DNA of 63,972 bases, counting the filler, from Octopus bimaculoides (Eukaryota), in the NCBI RefSeq assembly GCF_001194135.2. It is 7 parts of 6 records of this genome, joined end to end, with 100 filler letters (N's around TTAATTAATTAA, not from the genome) between each part and the next. Parts side by side here need not be neighbours in the genome. Positions count along the whole stretch, not along the records: positions 1 to 15,416 come from NC_068985.1; 6 more parts are not named here. One strand, given 5' to 3'. The position numbers and the translations under genes are program-made. This document shows, in pieces, positions 1-15,033 of this stretch; the stretch's first letter is position 1, and every line of letters starts with the position of its first letter. A model generated the notes under the pieces. The model did not search any database, was not told where the DNA came from, and saw only the letters and a program-made list of their open reading frames with translations.

Positions 1-1413
1 AAAAGCTAAGTCTGCAGAAGGATAAAGAAAAAAAGGATATTAGTTCATGACAAACATTATTTTCAGTTTCTGAAATATTTCCAAAGTTGTTTCCTGTAAT
101 TACTGGACAAAATAATATTAATCTTTGGCTAATATCATTCTTTCTTGTTAACCTTTTAATGCCCCCTGCATTGAATATTCTGAAGTAACTAAAACAGGTA
201 TTTTTTACGGTATCTGGATATCAGAGGTGTTAAAAAAACCCCCCAACTAATTTTGTCCATGAAATTAAAATTTAAAACCTGTGCTTTAATAAATTATATA
301 AATACAAGAATGGGTTGAATTATTCTGTAAATTTAGATAATCACATAAAATAGGCTGTTATTTTTTAATTAACCTGATTTCATTAGGTTTATAATTGCAA
401 TCTAAATAAGAGAAAATTGCTCTATAACAAATTGCAATGCATAATTTCCCAAATGTATTTTTATTTATAAAAGTAAAAGAATTGAAAAAAAAAAATCTGC
501 TTCTGCGTTCTTTATTATTTAGCTTACATTTGCATAAAGTTATAAAGAATAATGGACATAAAAAGGTTAAAGATGGAAGAAGGGTATTTGAAGAATTGGC
601 CGTATTATCTTAATTGAGATTTTGTTTCTAGTTACAATATATTTTCTTCTATCAAATACTTTTTTTTTTCCTTCAATCACTCTCTACATTTTTCTTGTCT
701 CTGCCATCTCTAACCCTCATGGGGTATAATTAAAATATTTACCTCAGATAAGCTGCCTGGTTGACTATCAAGATTCTAAATTGAGAAGAAACAAACAACA
801 GCTTAGCTTGTACTAATTAGTTCTCGTTTTACAACTAAATTATGTTTTTACTTTTGCAACTGTCACTCAACACCATTTGTGCCTTGTTTTAAAAAATTTA
901 CTCAACAACTCTAATGAAGGGACACTTTTTCTTTTTTCCTTTCTTACTTTCCATTTAAACTTTTTTAAATCCATCTTCGTTTTCGACTGGTGTGGGTTGA
1001 CATGTTCAGCAAATGGAGATATTTCCATGCATTTGCAATTTGAATCTTACTTTTTGTATTGATCCCTGTCTAATGCTTTCCGCAACTCCTAATTGGCAGC
1101 AACTCAAACTCGTTAGTCATTAGTTTCATTAAACATACTGTTTTCCTAGCTCCAAATTGAGTGAGAGTGTGTGTGACAGAGAGTGAAAGAGAGAGTGAGT
1201 GTGAGTGTGTGTGTGTGTGAGAGAGAGAGAGATGCTCATTTGTGCAACTGGATGTTGAGACAGCTATAAAAGACTACTGTGTTGTGACAAGTAAGTAGTG
1301 TTCATCAGATCCTTGATGTTGTGTCTGCTTCTGCATTTGGGTTTTTTACCTTTTCCCACTCCGTTTATAAGGTTATAAAACAAAGGGAACATACAGAGAC
1401 ATAAACTCATTAA

Positions 1414-1750
1414 CTAAGCTGCAGTCTGACAAGTAGTTTGGTAATCTAAAGTCCCATGATCAAATCCTCTTATAGGACTATAGAATATAAAGTGATTGAG
1501 AAGGGTAACAATAATTACATTTAATATGAATCTGGGAAGACTCCTGTAGTATTGATTGAGATATTTAAAGTACAAGGCTTTCTTTGGACAAGAGACAATA
1601 TTCCGGTACCTAAGCAAGAGAGGCAGGTGTAAATTGTTGAATGAAATGGAAAAACATGGAACACAAGGAAACACAAAATTACAGACAAATAGGGCCCCAG
1701 TAACCATATACTAATACTCTGACAGTTCAATAATTTATCCATTCAGACAT
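1414..1750 (-). mobile_element. Possible heavily decayed Penelope-like RT remnant
   Basis: Weak resemblance of YLNQYYRSLPRFILNVIIVTLLNHFIFY...RGFDHGT to the PLE RT region ending in G..MGT. Confidence 0.3.
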
Positions 1751-3523
1751 TCTACACTTTAGCCTTATTATTCCTATTAACTCTTCTATTTTCACATTCT
1801 TGTAATCAACCTGTTTAGATAATCTCTCTTCACTCGTTACCACCACAACCACTATCATTATTATTGCCCTTCTTTTAACTCTGTCTATAAAGTACACTTG
1901 CTGCCTGTTGGTTTTCCAGATGGCTCCTTATACACTTGTCAGTTAGTACAGAATGTCCCCCTATTTATTCACATAGCAAAGGGTCTAATCTTTATGCTAT
2001 CATTAACTCACTTGTCAATACAACTTATCACTTCAAGTGAACCATTACTAGCATCCATGTTTCTTTTTTTGACATATTTTCCCTCTCATATGGATTAGAT
2101 TTCCTGTGTTAGTGCATATTTTATCTGCATCTGTGCATCTATGAGCTGTGTAGGCTGCACAGTGAACACGTGATAGAATTTCTATCAATTCCTTTTGATG
2201 GCCCCTCATGATAAGGCCATTTATTAAAAGCCTCATATCTAATGAATAACTCCCTATATACTTTCACCAACCATTTCTGTTCCCCCCCCTCTTTTAATAT
2301 CTTCAATCTTTTACTCATTTCAGCCATCTGGCTCTACTTAGGCTGCACTACCATCAAGTTTCTTTTATTTTCTTTATTTAATTTTAATCTGTGTTAACTT
2401 GAATTGAAAAGTTCAGGAAATAGCTCTTGCGTGAAAGGTTTATATTTTGTTGCTTGTTTTCCTTTGGGTCTAGCAGTCTTCTAAAGCTATACAACAATGC
2501 ATAGATGATCTGACTGAGCAGTGCAATGGGAATTATGTACAAAACCACGGAATGGTTGTGATTATACAACCTTTTACCCAGTGGTGCCAACCATTTAGTA
2601 ACTCCACCTCACAAACATCACATACATGGCTTTCAAAAAAAATTTTTTTTAATCTCTCAAAATATTGTTTAGGCTCAGTTCAACTCTGACTGAGCAGAAT
2701 TAATGACATTCTAACCATGGCAGTTCCATTTTTTTAGAATCACAACAGATTGAAGGGGTTTCTTTGCTAAATTATTTTTCAACAACAATTTTTAGCAGGT
2801 CCAGTGACCCCACAGAGCCCCACCTTTCACATTGACTTGTACAGCCCTTCTCTTTGTGTTCCAAATAGTATTCTAGAGGTGGTTGTTGTTGTTTAAACCA
2901 AGGTCAGCAGACTCAGGAAAAAATGCAACTTCTCTTTTTTTCTATAATGGTCGGATGTAGTGTGAGAACAATTTCACTGCTATTTCTAGTTTATTTGGCC
3001 TCAAATCAACTCTGATTGTGTTGACCAATGACTAAAGACTCTCAGTCCATAACTGTCGTTTCTTTTTCTTATTAGGTTATAATAAGTCCTTTACTTTTTT
3101 TAAGTAGAGTCTTACTTAAAAGAGATCTGGCTGCTATTTCTAGCGAGTCAACCAACAACATAGAAGTTCCCTAACTGGTTTATATTTTGAGATTAGATTA
3201 TAAATGAGAACCTCAGGGATGAAGTTGATACAATTTTGGATGGGCAGCCTGTAATATTGTTCGTATAATAATAGTATGTCTACTGGAGGGGGTGGGAGAC
3301 AGTAACATCGTTTTGTTGGCTTGGAGTGTTAAGGGGAAAGCTAGCTGTGATAATCTCTAGTTCCTACCCAGGAAATATATATCTCTCTCTCTCTCCTACT
3401 TTATGCTACAGAAACAAATATCATTGAGATTAACAGACATATAAACTCTCTTCTATTCTTTTTGCTATAATATTGCACCACTTCTTCCCCATCACACACA
3501 TTTGTATACATAAACAAACAGTG

Positions 3524-3569
<46 letters not shown>

Positions 3570-4123
3570 GTGTGTGTGTGTATACACACATGTATATATG
3601 CAAATGTATATTTATGTACATAAACATATAAAACTATATTCATAAGCATAGAGGGAAACATGAATGAATGTGCAGTTATAAGACTATAACTGCAAACACC
3701 ACACATTTACACAATGAACACACGTGTCCATATGTTAATGAGATAAATATAATTATACACGTAAGTGTTTATGAGTGTATATATATCTAAGTGTGAGACA
3801 TTTGGAAACAGCTGTTGGTATTAATTAGTTAATCACTGAGCTTATCTGATAAAAGAAGTCACAAGAATATACGACAACAATTTTCCAACTAATTTTTATT
3901 TGACTATTGTCCATTTGAATGTGATTAACTTGATACATAATTTACAAAGATGATATTACCATCATAACTGTTGTTGTTGTTGTTGTGGTGGTGATGGTGG
4001 TGATGGAGGTAGCAGCAGCAGCAGCAGCAGTGTGAATGATCTAGTTACCATATGATGGTTCCAGATGATAGTTGATCTCTCACACTTTCTTATATTCCAG
4101 CTGCTGTCTATCTGTTTGTGTAT

Positions 4124-4192
<69 letters not shown>

Positions 4193-4659
4193 CACACACA
4201 TGCACACACATCTACGTACAGAAAATAAATGACAGCCTGGCTGAGTGGTTAAAAGTTTTGCTTCCCAATCAAGAGGTTGAGGATTCAATACCACAGAGTG
4301 TGACATCTTGGACAAATGACTTGTAGTATTCTTTGTGATGACTTAAGGCAGTGCTACTCAAAGTGGTGGTCTGCAGACCGACCGGTGCCAGTCCACAAGC
4401 CACCACTTGCTGGTAGCGACAAGTTTCCAGAAAAGAAAGAAATGCTTCTAAAATGCTTATGTAATATTATTGTATTATTTGTTTACAAAATAAATATAAC
4501 ATTAAAAAAATTGTCAACTTTTATTATATTCATTATATATATATCATTTCGTCCAGAAGGGCCAGCTGATTGTCTTTTTCCTTTTCCCTTGTGAACTGTA
4601 TGGATGGCTTTATTGAGTTCACATGATCACATAATTGAGTCCATGTAAAGATACCAAAA

Positions 4660-5436
4660 GCTCAGGGAAATGAACTAAGGCGGAAAGTGAGACAGGTACT
4701 AGAGAAAGCGAAACTTCCTAAACCAAACATCACTAAGGAAGAAACGTTCACTATCAAAAGACTACAGAGTGACAATTCCATCATAATACTGCCAGCAGAC
4801 AAGGGAAATGCTACAATGGTGATGAACAAGTCTGACTACTCTAAAAAATTGGCAAGTCTTATAAGTGATGGTAGCTACAGCAAAGTAAAGAAAGACTCTA
4901 TTTTGGAAACAGAGAGGAAGTTGTCACAGATCTTGATCAAGAACAAGGATCACTTTACACCAATGAAGTACAGACAACTGACTCACCACTACAGTAAACT
5001 ACCACAAATGTATGGTCTTCGTAGGATTCACAAGTATGGTATTCCATTAAGACCTATAGTAAGCTGTAGAGGTTCAGCATGTCATCCACTGAGTCGCTTC
5101 TTGATGGATATAATCAGTCCATTAGCAGGAAAGTCAACATTGTACATGAAGAATTCAACCCACTTCACAGAATTGATCAAGGATACCCCCACTGAATCCA
5201 ACCAGATGGTGAGTCTAGATGTGATAAGTCTGTTCACCAAAGTCCCAACTGGTGAAGCACCATCGGTGATACAAGAGAAACTAGTGACAGACACCCATCT
5301 AAAAGAATGCACTAGTATACCATCAAGGATGGAAATGTTGACCTTCTGTGTAGAAACTACCTATTTCAGTATGAACACTGATATATATCGACAAGAGCAG
5401 CCATACTGGAGCACTGCCAAAAAGAGTTTCAGTTAA
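4660..5436 (+). mobile_element. Penelope-like retroelement reverse transcriptase fragment, 3'-truncated
   Basis: 249-aa ORF with PLE motifs KPNIT, IILPADKGNA..MNK.DY, YGL..IHK.GIPLRPIVS, MVSLDV.SLFT.VP and FCV.TTYF. Homology stops before the G..MG motif. Confidence 0.88.
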
Positions 5437-5932
5437 TTACATCATATTGACCAGCACTTGACAAAAGGTAAATTGTCCTTTTAGCAAAAGGGAAGATGAC
5501 TTTTATTAGGAATTTCTGTTTGGTACACTTGTTGTACACCTCAATCCGACACACACACACACGTGTCTATATACACATATCTGCTCAACACAATTACAAT
5601 ATTGAAATCCATAATATACATACAGGGCATGAATATGTTTATGCATAAGCCAGTAAGGGAAAATCTAAGTGGCCACCCACCCAACCGGAAATAATAGTGA
5701 CATCTCTCTTAAATCATAGCTATTTCTTAAAATAGTGGAAGGACTCACTGAATAATGTAGTCCAAGGTATACAATATTTGAAACAGAGAAACGATTGTCA
5801 TAGCTGGAATGCTTTCGATCAGAAGCGATCAAGAACAACAGCAACAATCACTGCCTCTTTTATGTATTCACAAAAAGCTACATTCATATTGATATTTTAA
5901 AAACGAGAAGGAATCATTGAATCATGTAGTCG

Positions 5933-5964
<32 letters not shown>

Positions 5965-6431
5965 AACGCTGTCATTTTTGTTAATGAGCAACCAATATTT
6001 GATCTGCTGAACAGCCTAATCATTAAAACTTAACATGTGGCTTAGTATTCCAAAGTTGAGCACTCTTGTGATTTTCAGGTTGAATCAGTATACCACAATA
6101 AATGGGACTTTGGAACCATGTGGAGGGTCAAGCCAACAAGTTTGCACATCAGTTTACCAAATTTCCCTTAAAAAGACTTGAAACGGCAAAAGACCCTAGT
6201 CTCAAAACACCATCAAGTAGGAGCAAATGCTTCTGCTGCTTGATGACTGTGTGGCAAAGTTCTTCCGAACTTGACCGTGGTGGAATCCAATTTTTGGAGA
6301 GAGAGAGTGACTGTGTCTGAGGTTAAAAAGACAGGTTGTAATACTTTTAATTATAGATATGTTCTGATTGACACTGAACTGGCACTAAAATGCAGTATCA
6401 AATATAGTGGAGCAAACACGCACTCACACAT

Positions 6432-6465
<34 letters not shown>

Positions 6466-7751
6466 CTGTAACAAGTGGAAACAGGTTGCTATTTATGGTG
6501 GCTGAATAATCATGTGACCAGTATTCTCTGCTGAATAGCTTTATTGATTTTTCTCTAATACATTGAAACTATTGAATGATAGTGGAAGAGGTAGAGTGGC
6601 AGAGGGGGTTAAAAAAGAAAAGAAAAAAAAGATCAAACATACCACAATTACAAACTGATCAAAATTAAAGCTGTTGGGATTCCATGTAAAATATTATTAT
6701 TTACATATACCAAACGCAGCAACTAGATCAATTTTTTCCACTGAAATTTCTAGCAAACCAACTTAAGTTTCTGATCTGTGTGGTTTTTATGTATTTTTAG
6801 GAATTTTCTCCCATAAGATTCTACTTTTGTTTATTTTATTTACACTATTTGTTTTTATTTTAATGCACTCGTTAATATAACAGCTTTTGAAAACTGTAGA
6901 GATTTGCCAAAAAATGGTGGCAGTAACACATTTCACAGTTGAGTGCATTGCCATCTGCAAGTCGTACAACTATGAAATGCGATCCACTGATAGAATTTCT
7001 ATGCAGTTACTTGACCTTTGGGAAATAGCAGCTAAATGTCCTACTAATCATACCCTACCATCTAAAAAATGAAGGCAAACTTCTTTGAACAATGCAGTCC
7101 CTGATATTCAAAAGAATTTATCAAAGAACAATGGACAGTCAGGGCTGGAATGCTTTTAATCCAATCTCTGCTGAATCAAGGCTGAACTTTGCAGTAAATG
7201 ACTTTAGGTTATTTATGTATTTAGTAAGAAACTTTTTTTTTTGGTACTCAAAACAACTAAAATGAAAGCTAAAAGTTGTGTTGCCATGGTTAGCACTGAT
7301 CGTGTAGTCCGATGACCCATCGGTCTTCAATCAAATGATTGGTGTCACCACTGTTTACCCCAAACTATGTCACTATGCACATCCAAAGTTTGCAATCAGC
7401 TCAGAAAGTAAATGAAATGGTTGGCACCAAAGTTCAGTTGCTTAAAATAATGCACAAACTAATAATTATTATCTACTGAAAAGATTTCCTACTTAAATAT
7501 TTCTATCGACTTGAATATACTTTGTTGTTCATTTCCAATAAATCACAGTTTTGCAGCTGAAATTGCAACAATTTCACATTTACATTTGTCCAAGCATTCT
7601 GTATTCACAGAAAGCAGTAAAAAGGAGAGGAAACATTGTAATGTGGTGCATAACATCTCTATCCGAATAAGTAATAGGGTTAATGTGAACTTGAAATACA
7701 GTAGATATTCATATGAGATGTAGCATGACAGCGAGGGCAGTGTTGTACTAT

Positions 7752-7831
7752 CTCTACTGACCAGTCTGTTTCACTACTGACCAGTTTGTTTCTCTACTGA
7801 CCAGTCTGTTTCTCTACTGACCAGCTTGTTT
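7752..7831. repeat. 20-bp minisatellite x4 (CTCTACTGACCAGTCTGTTT)
   Basis: Four adjacent units with 0-2 substitutions each. Confidence 0.9.
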
Positions 7832-10800
7832 CTATGGCCTCTATTAGATTCTGATGGTGGTCACAATGGACACAAACATGGTGACCTTTGTCTGAATGCA
7901 ATGTTTTCTGTTCCTCTGCATTTAGGCTTTTGCTGACTTTCACAATTATTATGATTTGGACCAGTTTTCAGAATCTAGCACTCTGTCAGTAGTTGTAAAT
8001 GTCAGCGTTGAGCACACTGATTGTTTTGGTGCTTTGGGGGTTGTAAGTCTGTGATTTTGTCAAGACATTCAATTGCAAAGTGAGTGCAATTGTGAAGTAG
8101 AGAAGACTCTTTAGTTTTATTGAGGATATGACAACCTCTGTAGAGCCAGTGCTATGTTCAAACACACCCAGAAGATGATGTATTCAACCAATGCTATTAA
8201 GAAAAGCAGACATGAGAAGGATAATCATGATGAGCAAAGAGACTTTTTACATTAATGTCCAATTACAGAGAGGCATCTGGCTTAAGCTGTCTTGAAAGTT
8301 AATCCTTCCTTCAAAGAAATATATCCATTTTACTGACTTATTTATATTTGCACTGTTGACAAGAGGCTGTACTTAACAACACATTTGGATCAATTCAAAA
8401 ACTGTGAATCGTTACAGGTTTAGATTTTCTAGTTTTATTCAATGAAAGTTAATCTAAAATTATATATTGATTAATTTTCAAACTGCTGTTTAGTCAATTT
8501 AAGCTAAAATTAAAGAGAAATATAATTAACTCTGTTCAAATAAGTAAATATATATGTAAATAAAAATGAGAAAAATGAATACTAGGTGTGCGCACACGTG
8601 TGTGTGTGTGCATGCGTGTGTGCGTGCATGCGTGTGTGTGTGTGTGATGTATAGGTCTTTAACTTATATAGAGAGATATATTAAAACCAAATTAATATTA
8701 TCTGATAAAGAACTCAATACATATAAAAGAGTTAAATCATCTTTTTTTTTATAAAAGTTGATAGCATCTTTAAAGTTTTGAAAAGCTGAAATAAATTTTG
8801 TTAATTAATTCTTCATTATAACTTAAAAAAAAAACCTGTTGGCTTTTTGCTTTAAAACTGTTTACTTTGAATACCTTTTAGTTATTTGTTGCCTCTTACT
8901 GTTTGTGTGTTCCGCTTTATCTCTTACTCTGTCACTCTTGCAATATTATCTCTGATAGAATGTTGTTTTATCCAAGATGGTGAGCAATGGCTACAGAACA
9001 TGTCTCTTTATTTCATACACAGGTTCTGGCTCTTAACATTCTGAGCATAAATTCTGCTGTGGTCAACTTTATCTTTGATCCTTCTAGGATCAACAAAATA
9101 AAGTACTAGTCATGTACTGGGGCTGATATAATCGATTATACTTCATCCTCTAAATCCCCAACATTGTGCCTCTATTTTAGAAACAATTTTTTGTCCTCGT
9201 TCATTGTCCAATGCCTTTTTTTTCCATGCTGGCATCGGTTGAATGTTTTGCCAAGATGTGGTCAGTTGGTTAGCAGCATCATGCTCCAGTGCCTGTTATG
9301 ACAAGGTTCCAGTGTTTGGATGTCCTTCCTAACACCAGTGCAAACTGGGTGCTTTTTTCACACATGCGTGTTTGTATCACAGTATTAGAAATAGCCATAC
9401 CACATTTGTATGTCAACTGAAAGGGTTGGCTATAGGTGGGGGAATTGGTGAGACTAGTCCAGCCAATGCCAGTATGGAAAAGCGAATACAAAATAATTGA
9501 AATGATACATAAAAATAATTCTAAAAGGTGTAATCAAAAGAGGAAGGGTTCTACTCATAATCCCTTTTTCAGGGCTCCCATACTGGAACAGGAATTAGTT
9601 GAGCCCAGACTAGAAACCTGGCTGAAATGTTTGTCACTAATTGGACTCCACTGAAGATCTGCAGTGTAAGCTTGATTAGAAGAATGTAACCAAGCTAACA
9701 CTGGCTGTCAAGCAGTGGAGGAAACAAGCACAAAGACACACATTCATGATGGGCTTCCATATAATTTCCATCAATCCAATTCCTTCACAAGACATTTGGT
9801 CAGCCTGGGGTTGTAGTTGAAGACATTTGCCCAAGGTAGCATACCACAGTGGGACCGAACCCAAAATGATGTGGTTTTAAAGCTTTCTGTACAGTTTTGT
9901 TATTAGATTTTTTATGAGACCTTTTTTTCATTTGTTTATATGTTCTGATCTTTACAGACATCAATATACACACGGCTCTCAATTGATTGGGAGAAGTTCT
10001 TGAAGGTTGTAGACTTATTGGATTTAAATTTGTGAGTTTTGAATATAGAGGAGCTGTTGTTTAGCTCCAGCGTTGATATTCTTCAGACTTCATCAGACCC
10101 ATTATTAAAGGCATTCTAGCCATGACCATCCTCTCCTTCTAGAAGTATTTCTAGTACTACATTTCTTCCCCTTATCTAAAGTGGTAAGATATGATTAGAG
10201 GGAGATCTAGTTGCCATTTCCAGCAAATTGAATGATGATGCAGAAGCTCCTTTGCTGGCTTCTGGAGGAGTGACAGAGTATCAGACTGATTACTTGGGAG
10301 TATGTAGTTCTGCCTTTTTCATTTCTGAATTCAGGTATTACTGGGCTCACCATTACTTGTGGAATACCCTGGAACTAGCCAGAGTATTCAGTGTTCAGGC
10401 CATCACTGCAATAAACACCCTGATATAACTGTGCAGTAACAACTTAAAGAATGCATTGTGTGCAATATCAATAATCGAATTTACAATGACTCAATTTTCT
10501 GTTAAAATTTTGTTCAAACTAAAACAATTCTTCAGTGAAAGACATGGATATTAAGGCTAAGGTTAGAAAACTATTTACACATTTCTTTTCACTTTTAATG
10601 TTCTAGAATCTAGCACCGTAGGCAGTTGGTTTCTATCCCTATCTTCAGTTCTGTCTTTTGTTTTCATCTTCAAGAGAGAAGAAGGTAAGAGGAATATCAA
10701 AGACATTCAGGTAAGAATGATTCAGGTCAATCTCATTTGTCTATAAATTTCTGGTCTTGTGATGTGAAAAAAGAAAAAAAAAGACAAATTGTAATGTTGC

Positions 10801-13800
10801 TGAAGTTTCTGGTTAATGTTTGGCCATTTTTAATTACAGAAGCAGAAGTAATTAAAGAATTTGTATAATTCTCCCAACAGTTTCTTTGGAATTCAATATT
10901 ATGGCCTGTAATTAGTTTGGAAGAAATAAATGGTGGATAAATTTACAAAAGAGACTCCTTTCTTTATAAATCAGCCTGAATTAGATTTTGATCCTATACA
11001 CATACTACCTATCACCTCATAGTGACAAGGGAGCTTCTACATGGTTGTTAGATCTGCTAGAAATAGCAGCTGATTTCCCTCAACTCACACTATCCTACTA
11101 TCTTGCAAAAAAAACAAAAAAACAGGACACACTAAATAATATAATATTCTGATATTGAGAAAGATAGGAGAGTCAAGGCTGGAATGTCTTTCATCATAGT
11201 TCTGATTGATCAAAATTGACCTGTGGCTAAACAGTAACAACAAGGGATCTGATCTTGTACATTCAGAAACATAATTTCTGAAAACACTTTTTTCGCCTTC
11301 AGAAATGTCAAAGCAAAGAATAAACTACTTGCATCATTTGTTAACTGTCAAGACACTGCACCCTTCCAAAATTCCGTTTCAGGCAGGTATTCACTTCTTT
11401 TATTTATGGCATCAATCTCACTGGTATCAGAAGAGTTACAGAGGCCAATAAACACTGGCTCTAATTCCAGACCCAGTAAGTAAAAGTAAAATATCTGACA
11501 ACATTTCAATACACAGAACAGAATCCATTTCTAAATAAGATGCAAAGCAAACACAACCAGTCAAAATCAAACAAGGAAATTTAAGATTATTAAACTATCA
11601 AAAACCATCAAGAATTGAATTTAAATCTACTGAATGAAACATTGCAATTTTAGTGGGGGGGGGGGATTTAGTTATAAGAGGTTCCTATCATCACTTTTTG
11701 CTTTCTTTTCATTAAAAAAGGAAAACACACACACACATGCACACAAAGAAAAGGATAAAATCTTTGATGCATGCATCATATTGAATGGTAACTAGAGAAT
11801 TTTCTTGGTAACAAAATGGTACAATATCTGATATTGTAAGACAAAGAATAGCAACATTTCCTTTTTGCACGAAACCATTTTGATATTTTTCTGCAAAATA
11901 TCAGGATCTCACTAGAAATGTTGAGATGGATACACTTTTAAATTATCGATTCTGATACCTATTAATTTCAATCTATCTTTGTGAATATTGACATTGAAAC
12001 AAAATAAAAGGGTAAAAAGGAAAACAAGAGAAAGATAGATAGATACTTCGATAAATATATATATGTATATATATANNNNNNNNNNGAGAGAGAGAGACAC
12101 ACACACACACACAAAGAGAGAGGGAGAGGTTGGCAATATTGTAAAATATAACATCTTCCCGGCTTGGATGTAAATATTTCTTTACCTTCATCAAATGAAA
12201 TCAATACTTTACCTGCTTTACCAATCTAACCATTTAAATTAATTTTATTTATGTATTTATTTACATTTATTTATTTATAAACATTTTTTTCCCCTCTCTG
12301 AATCATTTCCTTACGATAACCATCTTCTTTTGGTCTGCTACATTCCTTTCTTTCTTTTACTTTTTTTTTACTACCTTCATCTCTGTAATTTCTTACACAC
12401 ACACACACAAGCACACATGTGTGTGTGTGTGTGTGTGTGTATATTCTTTTAAGAGGTATTTGTTTTTGCTTCTCATTATTGCATCATTATCACTCTTTAC
12501 TCTCAATTCCCAAACCAACTCCACCACTACATCATATTGCACATTTGAAAGCAAAAAAAAACAACAAATATAAGCATTAAAAAGCAAATAATTGAGTGAA
12601 GATTTAAAGAAATATAGAAAAAATTTTAAAAGTTCCTTTCCTTTTTTATTAAACACACATGCATACATCTGTCTGTGTATGCTCCAATGTGTTCTTGTCT
12701 ATCATGGACCACACCTTGTACTGTATGTATGTACACACACACACACACACACACTCAATATATATCTTCTTTTTAATCCTTTTTTTCCCCTTGTGGAGCT
12801 TAGGGCCTCTCATTTCTGCTGCTAAACATTTCCAAAGCAGTCACAAGGTTACAAATCTGAAGGGGAAGAGATATAAATGGAAAAGGTATAAAAGGATTGA
12901 ACTGGGGCCCATTACCTGACTGATATTTATTTCATCAATTCCTAGCACAATCACAAGCAAAGCCAACCCCAATTCAGTTATGTATAAAAATATTGTTTAG
13001 ACTCAGAAACATATTCTCTATTTACATTAAGACATTACATTTGCTGTTCTACCAGTTCTGCCACACAATGCTGTCTGTTGTAACAATGAAAGAATATTGT
13101 ACTTACCATATATTTGGCTCCTCCGATTCTTCTCTTATTGAACAGTTTATTTCTAGGATTTCTTTCTCGGATATTTTTTTTTGGACTTGTTTTTCTTTTT
13201 TCGTTAATTTAGTTTTAAGTTAATTGAAATTTTTTCCTCATTTCTAGTGACACTTGTCTTTTATGATTTTAATTTTTGGTTGGTCTTTTTAAATTGATCT
13301 TCTGTATGACCAGTGGGGAAGTGCTATACTGAAGGTGTTGCTATGCATCACAGNNNNNNNNNNNNNNNNNNNNNNNNNNNNNNNNNNNNNNNNNNNNNNN
13401 NNNNNNNNNNNNNNNNNNNNNNNNNNNNNNNNNNNNNNNNNNNNNNNNNNNNNNNNNNNNNNNNNNNNNNNNNNNNNNNNNNNNNNNNNNNNNNNNNNNN
13501 NNNNNNNNNNNNNNNNNNNNNNNNNNNNNNNNNNNNNNNNNNNNNNNNNNNNNNNNNNNNNNNNNNNNNNNNNNNNNNNNNNNNNNNNNNNNNNNNNNNN
13601 NNNNNNNNNNNNNNNNNNNNNNNNNNNNNNNNNNNNNNNNNNNNNNNNNNNNNNNNNNNNNNNNNNNNNNNNNNNNNNNNNNNNNNNNNNNNNNNNNNNN
13701 NNNNNNNNNNNNNNNNNNNNNNNNNNNNNNNNNNNNNNNNNNNNNNNNNNNNNNNNNNNNNNNNNNNNNNNNNNNNNNNNNNNNNNNNNNNNNNNNNNNN

Positions 13801-13980
13801 NNNNNNNNNNNNNNNNNNNNNNNNNNNNNNNNNNNNNNNNNNNNNNNNNNNNNNNNNNNNNNNNNNNNNNNNNNNNNNNNNNNNNNNNNNNNNNNNNNNN
13901 NNNNNNNNNNNNNNNNNNNNNNNNNNNNNNNNNNNNNNNNNNNNNNNNNNNNNNNNNNNNNNNNNNNNNNNNNNNNNNNN

Positions 13981-14044
<64 letters not shown>

Positions 14045-14054
14045 TTAAAAAATA

Positions 14055-14104
<50 letters not shown>

Positions 14105-14366
14105 TAGTAACAATAATGATGATGATTTCAAATTTTGTCGCAAGGGTAGCAACTTTGGGGAAGGGGATGAGTCGATTCCATCGACCCCAGAACACGACTG
14201 GTACTTATTTTATCGACCCCTGAAAGGATGAAAGGTAAAGTCAACCTTGGGGGAATTTGAACTCAGAATGTAGTCATAGCCAAAATAGCGCTAAGCATTT
14301 CGTCCATTCTGCTAATGATTCTGCCAGTTTGTAGCCTTAAAAATTGTGAATGTCAAAAGTGGAAAC

Positions 14367-14399
<33 letters not shown>

Positions 14400-15033
14400 G
14401 ATGATAATGATAATAATAATAATAATAACAATGGTACTTATTTTATTGACCTCAAAAGGATGAAGGGCAAAGTCAGCCTTGGCGGAATTTGAACTCAGAA
14501 TGTTAAGACAGACGAAATGCTACTAAGCATTTTTCCTGGCATGCTAGGGATTCTGCCAAATTGCCACCATATGAAACAATTATTATCATAATGATATTTA
14601 CATATGAGTATACATGGTTATGTGCATGTGTATATATATATATATATATATNNNNNNNNNNGTAATACCTGACATATATTATAATAATCTGTGGTGACAT
14701 TTTGCAGAAAGGTATGAAGAAAAGCAGAAAGAAAATGTTATAAGGCAAAATATTTTTCTTTTTTAACAATGTTGAATTTCAGATAAAAGCTGTGGGGAAA
14801 TATAAGAACAGACAAGAAATGAGTAAACAAACAATTTAATAATTAAACTTTAATGAGGCTGGTTGCCAAGGCAACTAGGATTGCTCGTAAACTTATCTGC
14901 AGAGAGATACATATCTTCCTGTTGATTAGTTATACGTACTACATTTATACTACACTGTATTTATGAAGGCAAACATTTGTGCTGTGCTGCGAATAAAATT
15001 TAAATATGATAATAATATGAGTATGTAAATATA

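Noticed and set aside
948-1040. Minus-strand exon MEISPFAEH...MDLKKFKWK with a GTAAG donor
   Set aside because: No convincing acceptor within the open frame and no recognisable homology
7752-7831. CRISPR array
   Set aside because: Contiguous tandem units without spacers, in eukaryotic DNA with no cas genes
13106-13353. Lys-rich minus-strand segment ending in a GTAAGT donor
   Set aside because: All three frames hit stops within ~40 codons and there is no pyrimidine-rich acceptor
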